Shown here: piece by piece, positions 17,914 through 29,586 of the stretch | Layout of the letters: each line of letters starts with the position of its first letter | Numbering within the stretch: position 1 is the stretch's first letter | Virus record (IMG/VR): IMGVR_UViG_3300045988_172778 | Coordinates: 32,001 to 96,000 of that record | Reading direction: 5' to 3' (one strand) | Origin: a virus | Length of the DNA: 64,000 bases | Notes under the pieces: model-generated | The model's database searches: none | What the model was told of the DNA's origin: nothing | What the model saw: only the letters and a program-made list of their open reading frames with translations | Translations under genes and position numbers: made by a program

Positions 17914-18996
17914 ATGGCGCAAAAATATAAAAGTAAATGGACGGGTCCACAAGTCGACGAGGCAGTCGGGAACGTCTCAAAAAAAATAGACAAAGACAGT
18001 TTGACTGGCAGTAACGGGATAACTATTAACAAAACCGTTTCGACGATAGAAATAAGCGGAGTTGAATTGGTAAAAAAGACGACAGAAGCTAACAGGGTAT
18101 ATGGAACCGATTCAACTGGCGGGCAGGCTTTAAAGCCGTTTGCCAACACCCCAACCCCTTCTGCCTTGGCGGCGTATAACGACGTTTCTAACTTAAAAAC
18201 GTCTGTGCCCGTCGAAGATTTGGATTGTACGAACAAGAAATATGTAGATGATGCAATAGCAGGAGTGGCAGAAAGTGTAACAGTCGACGGAACCTCGCTT
18301 GTCAAAGATACCGACGGGAAAATCCAGCTCAATCAGGAGTACATCGACTATCTCGACAACCAGCTCTATCAGCCGCCCGCTATTTCGGTTTTCACCATGC
18401 TTGATGCGGCTGGTGCTGCGCTTCCCACGAGTAACGAGTTGGGCACGACTTTAAGCGCGGCGGCGTTTAATCACCAAGAAACGAACATCAAGAACATCCA
18501 GGGTGATAACGTCGAGTTGCACATTAACAATGCGGCGGCTGCGACAATTTCAGCCGCGAAGAAAGACGTTGCAACAAAGGTGACTCTCACAACGGCGCAG
18601 AGCATAACAAACAGTACCAAATTCACACTCAAAGGCACGAACACGAAGGGCGCGGCTTTCAGCAGAGATTACCAAGTCAACTTTTACAGATACGCATACA
18701 CGGCGACGACAGACGCGACAACCGCTCCGACAAGCGGCGCAACGCAACAAGCGGCAGTCAGCACTTTCGCGTCGAACGGAAGTACGTTCAACTACACCAA
18801 GGGCGGGTATATATACTTCTATACCGACAACACAGGCAAGAAGGTTCAGACGAACGTTTTAGGTCAGTGGGCGGATGTTGATACGACAGACATGGGCAAA
18901 GTTACGCTCACGCAAAGTAACGGCTCAACACACGAATATACGTGTTACAGAATCGGACCCTTCATCGAGACGGGTTCCGCTAAATATAGAGTCTAA
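17914..18996 (+). CDS. tail fibre protein (MAQKYKSKWTGPQVD family, copy 1)
   Basis: 360 aa. The N-terminus and the NKKYVDDAIAGVAESV junction are shared with ORF 25729. The C-terminal domain is unique. Confidence 0.6.
   Translation: MAQKYKSKWTGPQVDEAVGNVSKKIDKDSLTGSNGITINKTVSTIEISGVELVKKTTEANRVYGTDSTGGQALKPFANTPTPSALAAYNDVSNLKTSVPVEDLDCTNKKYVDDAIAGVAESVTVDGTSLVKDTDGKIQLNQEYIDYLDNQLYQPPAISVFTMLDAAGAALPTSNELGTTLSAAAFNHQETNIKNIQGDNVELHINNAAAATISAAKKDVATKVTLTTAQSITNSTKFTLKGTNTKGAAFSRDYQVNFYRYAYTATTDATTAPTSGATQQAAVSTFASNGSTFNYTKGGYIYFYTDNTGKKVQTNVLGQWADVDTTDMGKVTLTQSNGSTHEYTCYRIGPFIETGSAKYRV
18238..18280 (+). repeat. 43-bp exact direct repeat, copy 1 (partner 26407-26449)
   Basis: aaatatgtagatgatgcaatagcaggagtggcagaaagtgtaa is identical in both fibre genes. 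It extends to 49 bp with one mismatch. Confidence 0.9.
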
Positions 18997-19008
18997 GGAG
19001 GGTGAATT

Positions 19009-19368
19009 ATGGCTTTAACGATAAATACAAACATTAAGAATGAGGCTAACGGCTACTCTTTAGACGCTTCGCAAGTTAAGGGCGGATATGTGGTAGTCGC
19101 GAATGAAGACGAAAGAAACGCAATCCCCGCCGCAACGAAGGTAAATGGAACGACGATTTACCAGGCGGATGTTGGGAAGGAATATAGATGGGATGGCAGC
19201 GAGTGGCTCGAGGTTTCGGGAGGCGGGACCGAGGTTACTCCAAACCCAACCTTAAGCGGAACGGAAGCGGCTCTTTCCGCCCTTCAAATAGGCGATACGA
19301 AGTATCGAATAGAAGGCTCTTTAACAACTCTTATGGTTGGCATTGATTCCTCGCTTTTAGGAGGTTGA
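19009..19368 (+). CDS. small fibre-associated protein
   Basis: 119 aa with RBS AAGGAGGG. NPTLSGTEAALSALQIGDTKYRI is similar to NPTDEATEKLEKLKVNDTTYGV in ORF 15679. Confidence 0.45.
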   Translation: MALTINTNIKNEANGYSLDASQVKGGYVVVANEDERNAIPAATKVNGTTIYQADVGKEYRWDGSEWLEVSGGGTEVTPNPTLSGTEAALSALQIGDTKYRIEGSLTTLMVGIDSSLLGG

Positions 19369-19370
19369 TT

Positions 19371-20846
19371 ATGGCAATTAAAAGAGCGATAAAAGCGGGA
19401 GATAAAAGTATAATTTCATTTAAGAAGGCAATTAAGGTTGGCGAGATTACTCAATTAGTCAATTCTACTACAATTAGTCCATTACCATCTATAAGTGGTG
19501 TGTCCGTGACGTATGATGGAAAAGGTACAATTCATTTATCGGGCACTTGCCAAGGTGGTGGCGGCAGAGTCTCTTGGGGTATTTATATGGAGATGATAAA
19601 GGGGCATAAATATCTGACAGAATCTTTTATTGATGATGCACTTTTATATTTAACAAATTATAATGTAGGTAGTATTTTTCAGGGTATTTTATCAACTACG
19701 CCTATTTTTGAATTTACTAAAGAAAGTGGAAAATATAGAATGGGCTGGAATCTTCTTAATGAAAAAACTTATAATGTAGATATTACCCCCCAACTCTTCG
19801 ACCTGACCGATATGTTCGGTGCGGGACACGAGCCCACCACCGTTGCTGAGTTTAAGGCGAAGTTCCCTGAAGCGTATTATCCTTATCAAAGGGCTGTTTT
19901 GAACGTGTATAATAAGGTGGTCAGACCGTGCGTGAGAAAGGGAGAGGTTGTACAGTTAGTCAACCCAGTAGATTTTGGTTTTACAACACAGACTGTTAAT
20001 GGTATTACTTTTACAAATAATAATGATGGAAGTGTAACTATAAACGGAACAGCAACTAGTGATGCAGCATATAGATTAATATTAAACAGAGACAAAATTA
20101 TAAATGGATATGTATATTTATATGGTTCTGAACAAAATACTAATGATTATGGTGTTGCATGGGGAACTAATTTGCCACAGAATTTAACTTTTAATACTGC
20201 TTCAATTAATAATAATTATACTGTTATAGTTAAAAATGGGGCTACGGTAAATAACATAACTATTTTTCCGCAGATATATAATCTCACTGCCATGTACGGA
20301 GCAGGTAACGAGCCAAAAACTCTCGCTGATTTCAGGAAAGATTATCCAGAGAGTTATTATCCGTATAGCCCAATTCAGACGAAGAATTTGTTCGATATAA
20401 GGAAAGTTAGTGGGTTGATTAGTAGTCTACTTGGCAATCTTAATTATTATCTTACTAAAAATTTAACTCAAAATTCTTTGAAAATTCGTTATGGTGGATA
20501 CGGAACGGGAGCGTTTTTAAAAGAACCATATATCTTGTCAGCAGGGACTTATACATTTAGTTGTAATTGTGATTATGATGTTATTAACAACAGAGGCGGT
20601 GTTCATTTGTTCGTTGGAAAGAAGGCAGCAGACGGGTCGAGAATGAACGAGATAGCTAGTGGTCCTTACCGCCAGGTACATCGTTTAGTTTTAACTTTTA
20701 CCCTGGCGGAAGAAACCGAAGTTTATTTATCTCTGCAAGGTGATGGCGGACCTACTAATTATACTAACCTAAACAACGTATTTTTCAATATTCAACTCGA
20801 AAAAGGCTCAGTCGCCACAGATTACGTGCCGCATGACTACATTTAA
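19371..20846 (+). CDS. receptor-binding-type protein with an internal domain duplication
   Basis: ATG at 19371 behind AGGAGG. It is AT-rich. There are two copies of L(T)xM(F/Y)GAG(H/N)EP(T/K)..(E/D)F(K/R)..(F/Y)PE.YYPY, at nt ~19783-19890 and ~20263-20375. Confidence 0.5.
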   Translation: MAIKRAIKAGDKSIISFKKAIKVGEITQLVNSTTISPLPSISGVSVTYDGKGTIHLSGTCQGGGGRVSWGIYMEMIKGHKYLTESFIDDALLYLTNYNVGSIFQGILSTTPIFEFTKESGKYRMGWNLLNEKTYNVDITPQLFDLTDMFGAGHEPTTVAEFKAKFPEAYYPYQRAVLNVYNKVVRPCVRKGEVVQLVNPVDFGFTTQTVNGITFTNNNDGSVTINGTATSDAAYRLILNRDKIINGYVYLYGSEQNTNDYGVAWGTNLPQNLTFNTASINNNYTVIVKNGATVNNITIFPQIYNLTAMYGAGNEPKTLADFRKDYPESYYPYSPIQTKNLFDIRKVSGLISSLLGNLNYYLTKNLTQNSLKIRYGGYGTGAFLKEPYILSAGTYTFSCNCDYDVINNRGGVHLFVGKKAADGSRMNEIASGPYRQVHRLVLTFTLAEETEVYLSLQGDGGPTNYTNLNNVFFNIQLEKGSVATDYVPHDYI

Positions 20847-20863
20847 AAGGAGGAAAATGAGAA

Positions 20864-22156
20864 ATGGCAGTAAATTATACAGATGTCCAAAAGACAGAAA
20901 AATATATATCAAGAACTAACTTTGACGCCTTGGAAATGGCGGCAGTCCCCGAAGGGACAGAATTCAATATCGTTGATCCGATTCACGAGAGCGATTTAGA
21001 CAGTGACGTTTTACAGAAGCTTAATAACAACGCGAAGATAAACACAGCGAATACTTTTACAGCGGCACAGACGTTTAAGAAAGATATCACGATCGAAGGG
21101 AACATCATTCAGAACGGCAGTGCTTATGAGACGCACGCGGAAAAGCTTTATACGAAGAATGACATGATTTACACGCGCGATGGGGCGACCGCCGCGTTGG
21201 CAGATAACGCTTATACGGGAATTCAGGCAGTCAAGTATGACGGTACGAATGACGGGCAGTTGGTGTTCGGAAAAGATGGCGTCGCACGTGTTGGAGATGT
21301 CGGGAATACACAGCCTTTGGCGACGAGGGCGGAGGCAGGCGCGATTGTGGACAAGCACTTGCTTCAGTGGGACGCGGCTGGACAGACACTGGTTGACAGT
21401 GGAAAGAGCGTGAGTGATTTAGAGGGTGGCGGAGGAGATGTAATCGCCGCTGGCACTAATACTTTCACGGGGAACAATACTTTTACTAACGGTATAACTG
21501 TGGCGGCAGATAGTACGGCTACTTCTGCTCATATCGTATATGGAAGCGATGGTATTAAAGTAAAGAAAGAAGGAACCCCTGCGGCTAGCCCAGAATTTTC
21601 TATTAAAATTCCTACTGATATACCAGGAACTTTTGCGGTAATAAATGCTGTAAGTAATACCCTCAATACTACTGGTTTAAATGTTTCAAGTTCTGCAACA
21701 ATAGAAAATATGCTTCTTGGCGGTTTAACTTTTAAACCAACTGTCACATATTTTAGTGTAGGAAGTTTTAAAATCACGCTCCCTACAAAGACAAGCACTC
21801 TCGCCACAACAGACGATATAAGCTCTTTTGTTAAAAATAATGCTTCTACAAATTTTTCGGTTTATGATGAAGTCAGCGGTAACAAATCTACACTTGGTTA
21901 TAGCGGGCTAACATTAGAAGATCCTGTTGCTCATAATACTTGCACACTAAGTGCCGCTGGATTAGTACACAGACAAATGAGTAATGATGGAGCAATAACA
22001 AACCATAATACTACCTTGGCATTTGAGAGTGCTGGTTTAACTACAACATTAACAGTTCCTAATAAAACTGGTACTCTTGCTCTTACAGGTGATATTCCGA
22101 TTAGTTCGGCAACTTTAAGCGACAACGACACAACCTTAACGCTTATTCTTAGATAA
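20864..22156 (+). CDS. tail fibre protein with a compositionally distinct C-terminal third
   Basis: 430 aa. The N-terminal part (..TANTFTAAQTF..) is GC-richer. From ~21480 the sequence becomes visibly AT-rich. Confidence 0.55.
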   Translation: MAVNYTDVQKTEKYISRTNFDALEMAAVPEGTEFNIVDPIHESDLDSDVLQKLNNNAKINTANTFTAAQTFKKDITIEGNIIQNGSAYETHAEKLYTKNDMIYTRDGATAALADNAYTGIQAVKYDGTNDGQLVFGKDGVARVGDVGNTQPLATRAEAGAIVDKHLLQWDAAGQTLVDSGKSVSDLEGGGGDVIAAGTNTFTGNNTFTNGITVAADSTATSAHIVYGSDGIKVKKEGTPAASPEFSIKIPTDIPGTFAVINAVSNTLNTTGLNVSSSATIENMLLGGLTFKPTVTYFSVGSFKITLPTKTSTLATTDDISSFVKNNASTNFSVYDEVSGNKSTLGYSGLTLEDPVAHNTCTLSAAGLVHRQMSNDGAITNHNTTLAFESAGLTTTLTVPNKTGTLALTGDIPISSATLSDNDTTLTLILR

Positions 22157-22167
22157 GGAGGAACGGT

Positions 22168-22887
22168 ATGCCTTGGGTAATAGATAGTAAACTTAAAGTG
22201 GAAACGACGTTGCTTCAAAAAGTCGTGGTAAATGGGGAAGAGCTTTATAAAGTTGATTGCGTGGATAAAAACGGCGTAAAGCACACGGTTTTTCACAGGT
22301 ACTGGGTCGAACCCACTGGCGGAAGCAGCGATAGCGAAACCATGGACTCGGTGGGCAATGGCAGTATCGCCATAGGGATAATTAACCACGCATTTACTGA
22401 TGAATTAAAGAATGCGTGGGGCGTTCTCGAGTTCGATACGGGATTTCATTCTGATTTAGCACAAACTTACAATTTCAGGAGAGAAGTACCCGACGAAGGT
22501 AGGGACGAAGAAGTCGATATAGCTCAAACGGTATTAGACTTTTTCTGTTGCATAACGAAAAAGGACTATGCGAATTTTGATATTCTTCAGTCGGCTCTCA
22601 CAGATATTTGCAACGATGGCTCGTTTAGTCAGCTCATAGAGCAATATGGATTAGCCACCAAAATAACCGAATGGATAAATACATGGATTCAGGAGCAGAC
22701 CGACGCGGGGACTTATACCGAAGCCGCATATCAAAGCTTCATCTCAACGGTTGATGGAAGCGGAACAAACCTCAAAGAAAAGATGAACGGCGACGAGAGC
22801 TTTCAGCAGGCAAGACAAGATTTCTTGACGCTTATGGCAAATCAATTAGGGATTACCAAAGACGAGCTGTTAGGCGGAAACTGGTAA
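22168..22887 (+). CDS. hypothetical protein (possible fibre accessory/chaperone)
   Basis: 239 aa with RBS AAGGAGG. It is the last gene before a terminator. Confidence 0.35.
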   Translation: MPWVIDSKLKVETTLLQKVVVNGEELYKVDCVDKNGVKHTVFHRYWVEPTGGSSDSETMDSVGNGSIAIGIINHAFTDELKNAWGVLEFDTGFHSDLAQTYNFRREVPDEGRDEEVDIAQTVLDFFCCITKKDYANFDILQSALTDICNDGSFSQLIEQYGLATKITEWINTWIQEQTDAGTYTEAAYQSFISTVDGSGTNLKEKMNGDESFQQARQDFLTLMANQLGITKDELLGGNW

Positions 22888-22909
22888 GCAATACAATAAG
22901 AAGTAAAAT

Positions 22910-22954
22910 GGCAGACTTTAAGATGTTAGCGGCTTGTTAAAGTCTGCCTATTTA
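22910..22954 (+). terminator. terminator hairpin
   Basis: Arms ggcagactttaa / ttaaagtctgcc followed by tattt. Confidence 0.6.
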
Positions 22955-22973
22955 CAAATATGGAGGGATTTAG

Positions 22974-23867
<894 letters not shown>

Positions 23868-23908
23868 ATAATCTTATTAAAAAAATCAATCAAGGAGGGA
23901 TTTGCCAT

Positions 23909-24919
23909 ATGGCAAGAACAACGGTATATAACGAAGATTTGTCAAAGGAGTGGCAGATCACAAACCCGAAAAATCAGAAATTACTCAAAGAATTTATTCG
24001 TTATTGCGTGGCGAACGATAAAAGCCCGCAAACTTGTAACCAATATGAGTCGCAACTCAAAATCTTCTTTTGTTGGAATTACAGGGAAAATGACGATAAG
24101 TTTTTTGTTGACATAAAGAAGCGCGAGCTTGTGAACTTTTTCGGTTGGGGGCGGAGTATCGGTTGGAGCTCGTGCAGGCTTGCTTCTCTTCGCGCGGCGT
24201 TAAGTTCGTTCAGCAATTACATAGAACGAATACTTGATGAGGATTATCCGACATTCAGAAACCTTGTGAAGGTTCTCGAACCGATTCACCTCGAAGCGGT
24301 TCGAGAAAAGACGATAATCGAGAAAGATGATATAATGGCAGGGATTGAGCGGTTAGTTGCGCTTGGAGAATACCAATACGCGTGTTTCCTCTCGCTCCTC
24401 TTTTCGTCTGGAATGAGAAAAGCGGAAGCCGCGCAGATGAAGGTCTCGTATTTCACGACCGATAAGGTAGTCGTGTTTAGGGGACTCGCTTATATGACTC
24501 CGAAAATCAGGACGAAAGGGCACGGGGCACGTGGCAAGCAGGTGCCGAGATACGTGTTCAAAGAAACGTTTGACAAATACTTTGAGCTATGGCTTAAAGA
24601 GCGCGAAAAGCTCGGGATCGAGATAGACGATTTATTCGTTGTAAAAGGTGCCGACGGGAGATACCGACCCGCAAAAGGGCAGAATTTTTCACATTGGGCA
24701 GTGAAAATCGGGGAGTTAATAGGCGTAAATTCACTATATTGTCACAGTTTGAGACACGCGTTTACGACGTATTTGAAACGGCAGAACTTCCCGACCGACG
24801 TCGTTCAGAAAATCCAATCGTGGGGAAGCGCAGATATGGTGGCGAGATATGATGACAGAAGCGATAGCGAAGAGTTGGATAGCTTTTTTGAAAAAATGAC
24901 CGAAAAGGAGAGAGAATAA
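23909..24919 (+). CDS. tyrosine site-specific recombinase (XerC/D- or Cre-size, no arm-binding domain)
   Basis: 336 aa. N-terminal SAM-like core-binding region, then SGMRKAEA (Arg), KIRTKGHGARGK (Lys), HSLRHAF (HxxR), and W..ARY (Trp/Tyr nucleophile). RBS AAGGAGGG. Confidence 0.8.
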   Translation: MARTTVYNEDLSKEWQITNPKNQKLLKEFIRYCVANDKSPQTCNQYESQLKIFFCWNYRENDDKFFVDIKKRELVNFFGWGRSIGWSSCRLASLRAALSSFSNYIERILDEDYPTFRNLVKVLEPIHLEAVREKTIIEKDDIMAGIERLVALGEYQYACFLSLLFSSGMRKAEAAQMKVSYFTTDKVVVFRGLAYMTPKIRTKGHGARGKQVPRYVFKETFDKYFELWLKEREKLGIEIDDLFVVKGADGRYRPAKGQNFSHWAVKIGELIGVNSLYCHSLRHAFTTYLKRQNFPTDVVQKIQSWGSADMVARYDDRSDSEELDSFFEKMTEKERE

Positions 24920-24921
24920 GC

Positions 24922-25719
24922 ATGGTAGAAAATGGAACGAGAGCGGACATCGCCCGTAAAAGATTTGAAGACACAAATCAATTAACAGCAAAACACATGA
25001 TATATGTCGGGACTGGCGACACAGAAGAGGTTACCCTCGGAAAGGATAAAAGTTATATTTACAAAACGGAGGGGAAGAATATTATAAGCGCGATTAATGA
25101 CGCGACTAAGGATGAAGCGGGTATCATAGATAAGGCACACAGCGCAGAAACAGCAGATCAGGCAACTAATGCAGAGACCGCGAAAAAAATCGTATCAGAA
25201 GACGATAGTAGCATCACTATAATAAAAGGGAAAAGTAATAACAATCAAAGTAGGATTGTCCCTCCTGGAGGCGTTGAGGTGGATTTAGGTGCTTCTGGGT
25301 ATGAGTTTGCTAAGGTTTATGCGAACATTTTTACAGGGACGGCAAATGCAGCGATAGACACTAATTTTTCGAGAGAAACTTTTAAAAGTAGTGTAGTTTC
25401 AAATACATCTTTTGGACTTTCTGAGGCGGGATTTTATTATATTTATTTTGTAATAAATTCTCAAAGGATAAATCTTGGTTTGATATATTGGGATGGGGAA
25501 AATGATAGTTACAGCCCAATAATGGCGAGTTATAGAGATAATGGTGGTTCTTTTGAGATATTATGCGATGAATATTTTGCGCGCATCTACCCCTTCGAGC
25601 TCGGAGGAAAAATCGAAGGAAAAATTGCGATATATAAAAAAAGTTCGCTTAGGAGTAAGCCAGATGCTTGGGCGTCTGCATCATCAGGGGTTACAATATA
25701 TTACAAAAAAATCAGATGA
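24922..25719 (+). CDS. fibre-like protein
   Basis: 265 aa. Its start lies 2 nt after the recombinase stop. AHSAETADQATNAETAKKI is a fibre-type alanine-rich stalk motif. Confidence 0.5.
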   Translation: MVENGTRADIARKRFEDTNQLTAKHMIYVGTGDTEEVTLGKDKSYIYKTEGKNIISAINDATKDEAGIIDKAHSAETADQATNAETAKKIVSEDDSSITIIKGKSNNNQSRIVPPGGVEVDLGASGYEFAKVYANIFTGTANAAIDTNFSRETFKSSVVSNTSFGLSEAGFYYIYFVINSQRINLGLIYWDGENDSYSPIMASYRDNGGSFEILCDEYFARIYPFELGGKIEGKIAIYKKSSLRSKPDAWASASSGVTIYYKKIR

Positions 25720-25728
25720 GGTGGCGGC

Positions 25729-26736
25729 ATGGCACAAAAATATAAAAGCAAATGGACAGGGCCACAGGTCGATTCAGCGGTTGATCAAATTACCGATAAG
25801 ATAGACAGAGGCGAGATCGGGGTTGCAGGCGGGATCGCTTCTCTCGGAAGTGATGGAAAGGTTCCGAGTTGGCAATTACCAACAGCAAAGAGTGTTACGG
25901 CTGATAATTTTATAGGTAAAGATGGAATTACAATCGACAAAGCAGCTGATTCTGAAAAGATAGAGATAAGCGGTAGTGGATTGGTAAAGAGAGGAACCAA
26001 CGTTAATGTTACAAATTATGGTCACGTATATGGATATAATGGAAATGGAACAAAAGTCATAGATAAAGAATTTATAGTTAACCAAGATGCTGAAACGCAA
26101 TCAATTGCTCTTAGAACTAACAAGGGTGAATTAATTGCTAATACTACAGATACAGCAGGGGACCTTACCCTCACCAACAAGAAATATGTAGATGATAACT
26201 TTGTAGCTAAGGATACAACTCCCGCAAGAGTAATATATGCACACTCTCCTGATGGTACTCCTTTAATGTTACATCCTCAAGTTAGTGATACTTTAAGTGA
26301 ATGGTGGCTTCCAGTTTATAGACCAAGTGTATCAGGCGATACTGTAACAGGTAATGCAGTGCTTTTAACCGCCGTACCAACAAGAGATTATCAATGTGCA
26401 AACAAAAAATATGTAGATGATGCAATAGCAGGAGTGGCAGAAAGTGTAAGCCGTTATAAACATCACGTGAAATTTACATTTGTTTCTAACACTTATAACG
26501 GAAGTTTTTTCACCGATATTTATTCAAATCAGAATACAGTGATAGATTCTCTTGCAAGTTTGAAGACTTATTTAGGGGATGAATTTACGAAGGATTTGTA
26601 TGGGTATTTAGAATATAGCAACGCTTATCGTTTAGGCAATTTAATAACCGACACAACAGTATTTTACATACAAAACGGTGTTGGGACTCAATCAATCTCT
26701 AACTTTACTATTTCTGATACAGTAACGACAATCTAA
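25729..26736 (+). CDS. tail fibre protein (MAQKYKSKWTGPQVD family, copy 2)
   Basis: 335 aa and AT-rich. It is a paralog of ORF 17914 and carries two NKKYVDD motifs, the second inside the 43-bp exact repeat. Confidence 0.6.
   Translation: MAQKYKSKWTGPQVDSAVDQITDKIDRGEIGVAGGIASLGSDGKVPSWQLPTAKSVTADNFIGKDGITIDKAADSEKIEISGSGLVKRGTNVNVTNYGHVYGYNGNGTKVIDKEFIVNQDAETQSIALRTNKGELIANTTDTAGDLTLTNKKYVDDNFVAKDTTPARVIYAHSPDGTPLMLHPQVSDTLSEWWLPVYRPSVSGDTVTGNAVLLTAVPTRDYQCANKKYVDDAIAGVAESVSRYKHHVKFTFVSNTYNGSFFTDIYSNQNTVIDSLASLKTYLGDEFTKDLYGYLEYSNAYRLGNLITDTTVFYIQNGVGTQSISNFTISDTVTTI
26407..26449 (+). repeat. 43-bp exact direct repeat, copy 2 (partner 18238-18280)
   Basis: Identical string. The flanks diverge immediately on the 3' side. 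Confidence 0.9.
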
Positions 26737-26751
26737 AGATAAGGAGGATAT

Positions 26752-27669
26752 ATGAATACGGAATATTATTTATCTAGATTCAGCGGGGAAATGATAGACG
26801 GGAAAGTGGATAAAATGCCGAAATCAAATCCTCGATCAGATAGTTTAATTGTAATTAACAAGGATGGGCGAAGCGGCGGGTATTTAGCATTATCCGACAT
26901 CGATCCGTGGAAATTTGTAGACTCGGCATTATCGGCGACATCAGATAATACCGTTGAAAATAGCGCGATTACGAAGGCGCTTTCTGAAAAAATCCAATAC
27001 CCAAAAGTTGATGGAGTAAACGGTTGGTGTTTATTCAGAGACAAAAATGGTATTGCGTGGAAAGAGATGGTGCCTGGCGATTTTAAACAAGGAGACAGCG
27101 CTTACGACATATGGTTGCGTGCTCCCCATCAAGGCACGAAAATAGACTTCCTTAACAGCTTAATAGGCATAGCTGGCGAGAGGGGCGCTATAGGCGGCAA
27201 AGGCGCGACAGGCGCACAGGGCGCAAAAGGCGAGACAGGTGCACAAGGCAGTAAAGGCGCGACAGGCGCACAGGGCGCAAAAGGCGCGACGGGCGCGACG
27301 GGTGATCGAGGAAGTCAGGGCGCCTCGGGTCGGCAAGGCGAAACGGGCGATACAGGTGCAGAAGGCCCGAAAGGCCCAACAGGTGATAGCCCAAAGGGTA
27401 ATACGGGTGCAGAAGGACCAAAGGGTAATACGGGTGCAGAAGGACCAAAGGGTTCCAGGGGAGATCAAGGGCCAATGGGTCCACAGGGGGCACAAGGAAA
27501 CCCAGGAGCTTGGGGTTGGGAATCAGGTTGCGGCGGAAGTTCTCCAAGTAAAGGTTCTGATTTCCTATATGAGCCGATAGAGAGTGCCGTTATGTTTCAG
27601 ATGCTAAATGATAGTGGGGAGACAGAGGGGGTAAAAATAACTATGAGTATTACAGGGAATACGATTTAA
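26752..27669 (+). CDS. collagen-like fibre protein (type 2, copy B)
   Basis: 305 aa. Same N-domain plan as ORF 22974 ([22 protein letters not shown]). GXY tract at nt ~27166-27515 with a GDSPKG interruption. Confidence 0.7.
   Translation: MNTEYYLSRFSGEMIDGKVDKMPKSNPRSDSLIVINKDGRSGGYLALSDIDPWKFVDSALSATSDNTVENSAITKALSEKIQYPKVDGVNGWCLFRDKNGIAWKEMVPGDFKQGDSAYDIWLRAPHQGTKIDFLNSLIGIAGERGAIGGKGATGAQGAKGETGAQGSKGATGAQGAKGATGATGDRGSQGASGRQGETGDTGAEGPKGPTGDSPKGNTGAEGPKGNTGAEGPKGSRGDQGPMGPQGAQGNPGAWGWESGCGGSSPSKGSDFLYEPIESAVMFQMLNDSGETEGVKITMSITGNTI
27391..27453 (+). repeat. 27-bp tandem repeat (2.3 copies) in the collagen tract
   Basis: ccaaagggtaatacgggtgcagaagga is repeated and encodes PKGNTGAEG. 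Confidence 0.9.
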
Positions 27670-27680
27670 AAGGTGAAATT

Positions 27681-29228
<1,548 letters not shown>

Positions 29229-29254
29229 AATATTTACAATAATGGAGGTACAAT

Positions 29255-29582
29255 ATGATTTCAGTAAAAACATTTTACGCTTATGGTAAAGAAAAGCCAA
29301 TTACAGGCGAGAGTTCTGTTATTTTTAACAATTCTGCGGAGACCCTCACTATGCAAGTTGACGAACTAGCGGGTAGTGTTGAGTTATATGGTACCGCAGA
29401 TTTTGATTCAGATGTTTTTTTACAAACTCACGGGCAATAGCTCGTCTTTTGAGTTAGTAAACAAAATCACAACCGACGGGATTTATCACTTCTCAATCGA
29501 AGGCATTGCGAAAATCAAATTTGAGGTCGAAAACACCAATAAAGATTTGATTGTATTTTGCCGAATGACAAAGGGGGTATAA
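29255..29582 (+). CDS. small beta-rich protein split by a frameshift at a T7 run
   Basis: ORFs 29255-29440 and 29376-29582 overlap. The sense continues across the T7 at 29415-29421 (..ADFDSDVF / YKLTGNSSSFELV..). Removing one T fuses them into ~108 aa. Confidence 0.55.
29415..29421 (+). other. T7 homopolymer at the frame break
   Basis: gatgttttttt ac; the frame changes from 2 to 0 (+1) here. Confidence 0.8.
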
Positions 29583-29586
29583 TCTT

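Noticed and set aside
23868-23908. attP next to the recombinase (classical lysogeny module)
   Set aside because: Only 41 nt of spacer lie upstream, consisting of an RBS and an A-run, and 2 nt lie downstream. No repeats, repressor or excisionase are nearby. The hypothesis is not excluded for a distant site, so the recombinase remains listed as a finding.
27160-27580. Multiple overlapping ORFs in other frames and on the minus strand over the collagen tracts (also 17043-17450, 23302-23711, 28068-28578)
   Set aside because: GXY-coding GGN-NNN-NNN repeats are stop-free in most frames. Only the frame giving Gly-X-Y is continuous with the flanking fibre domains and preceded by an RBS.
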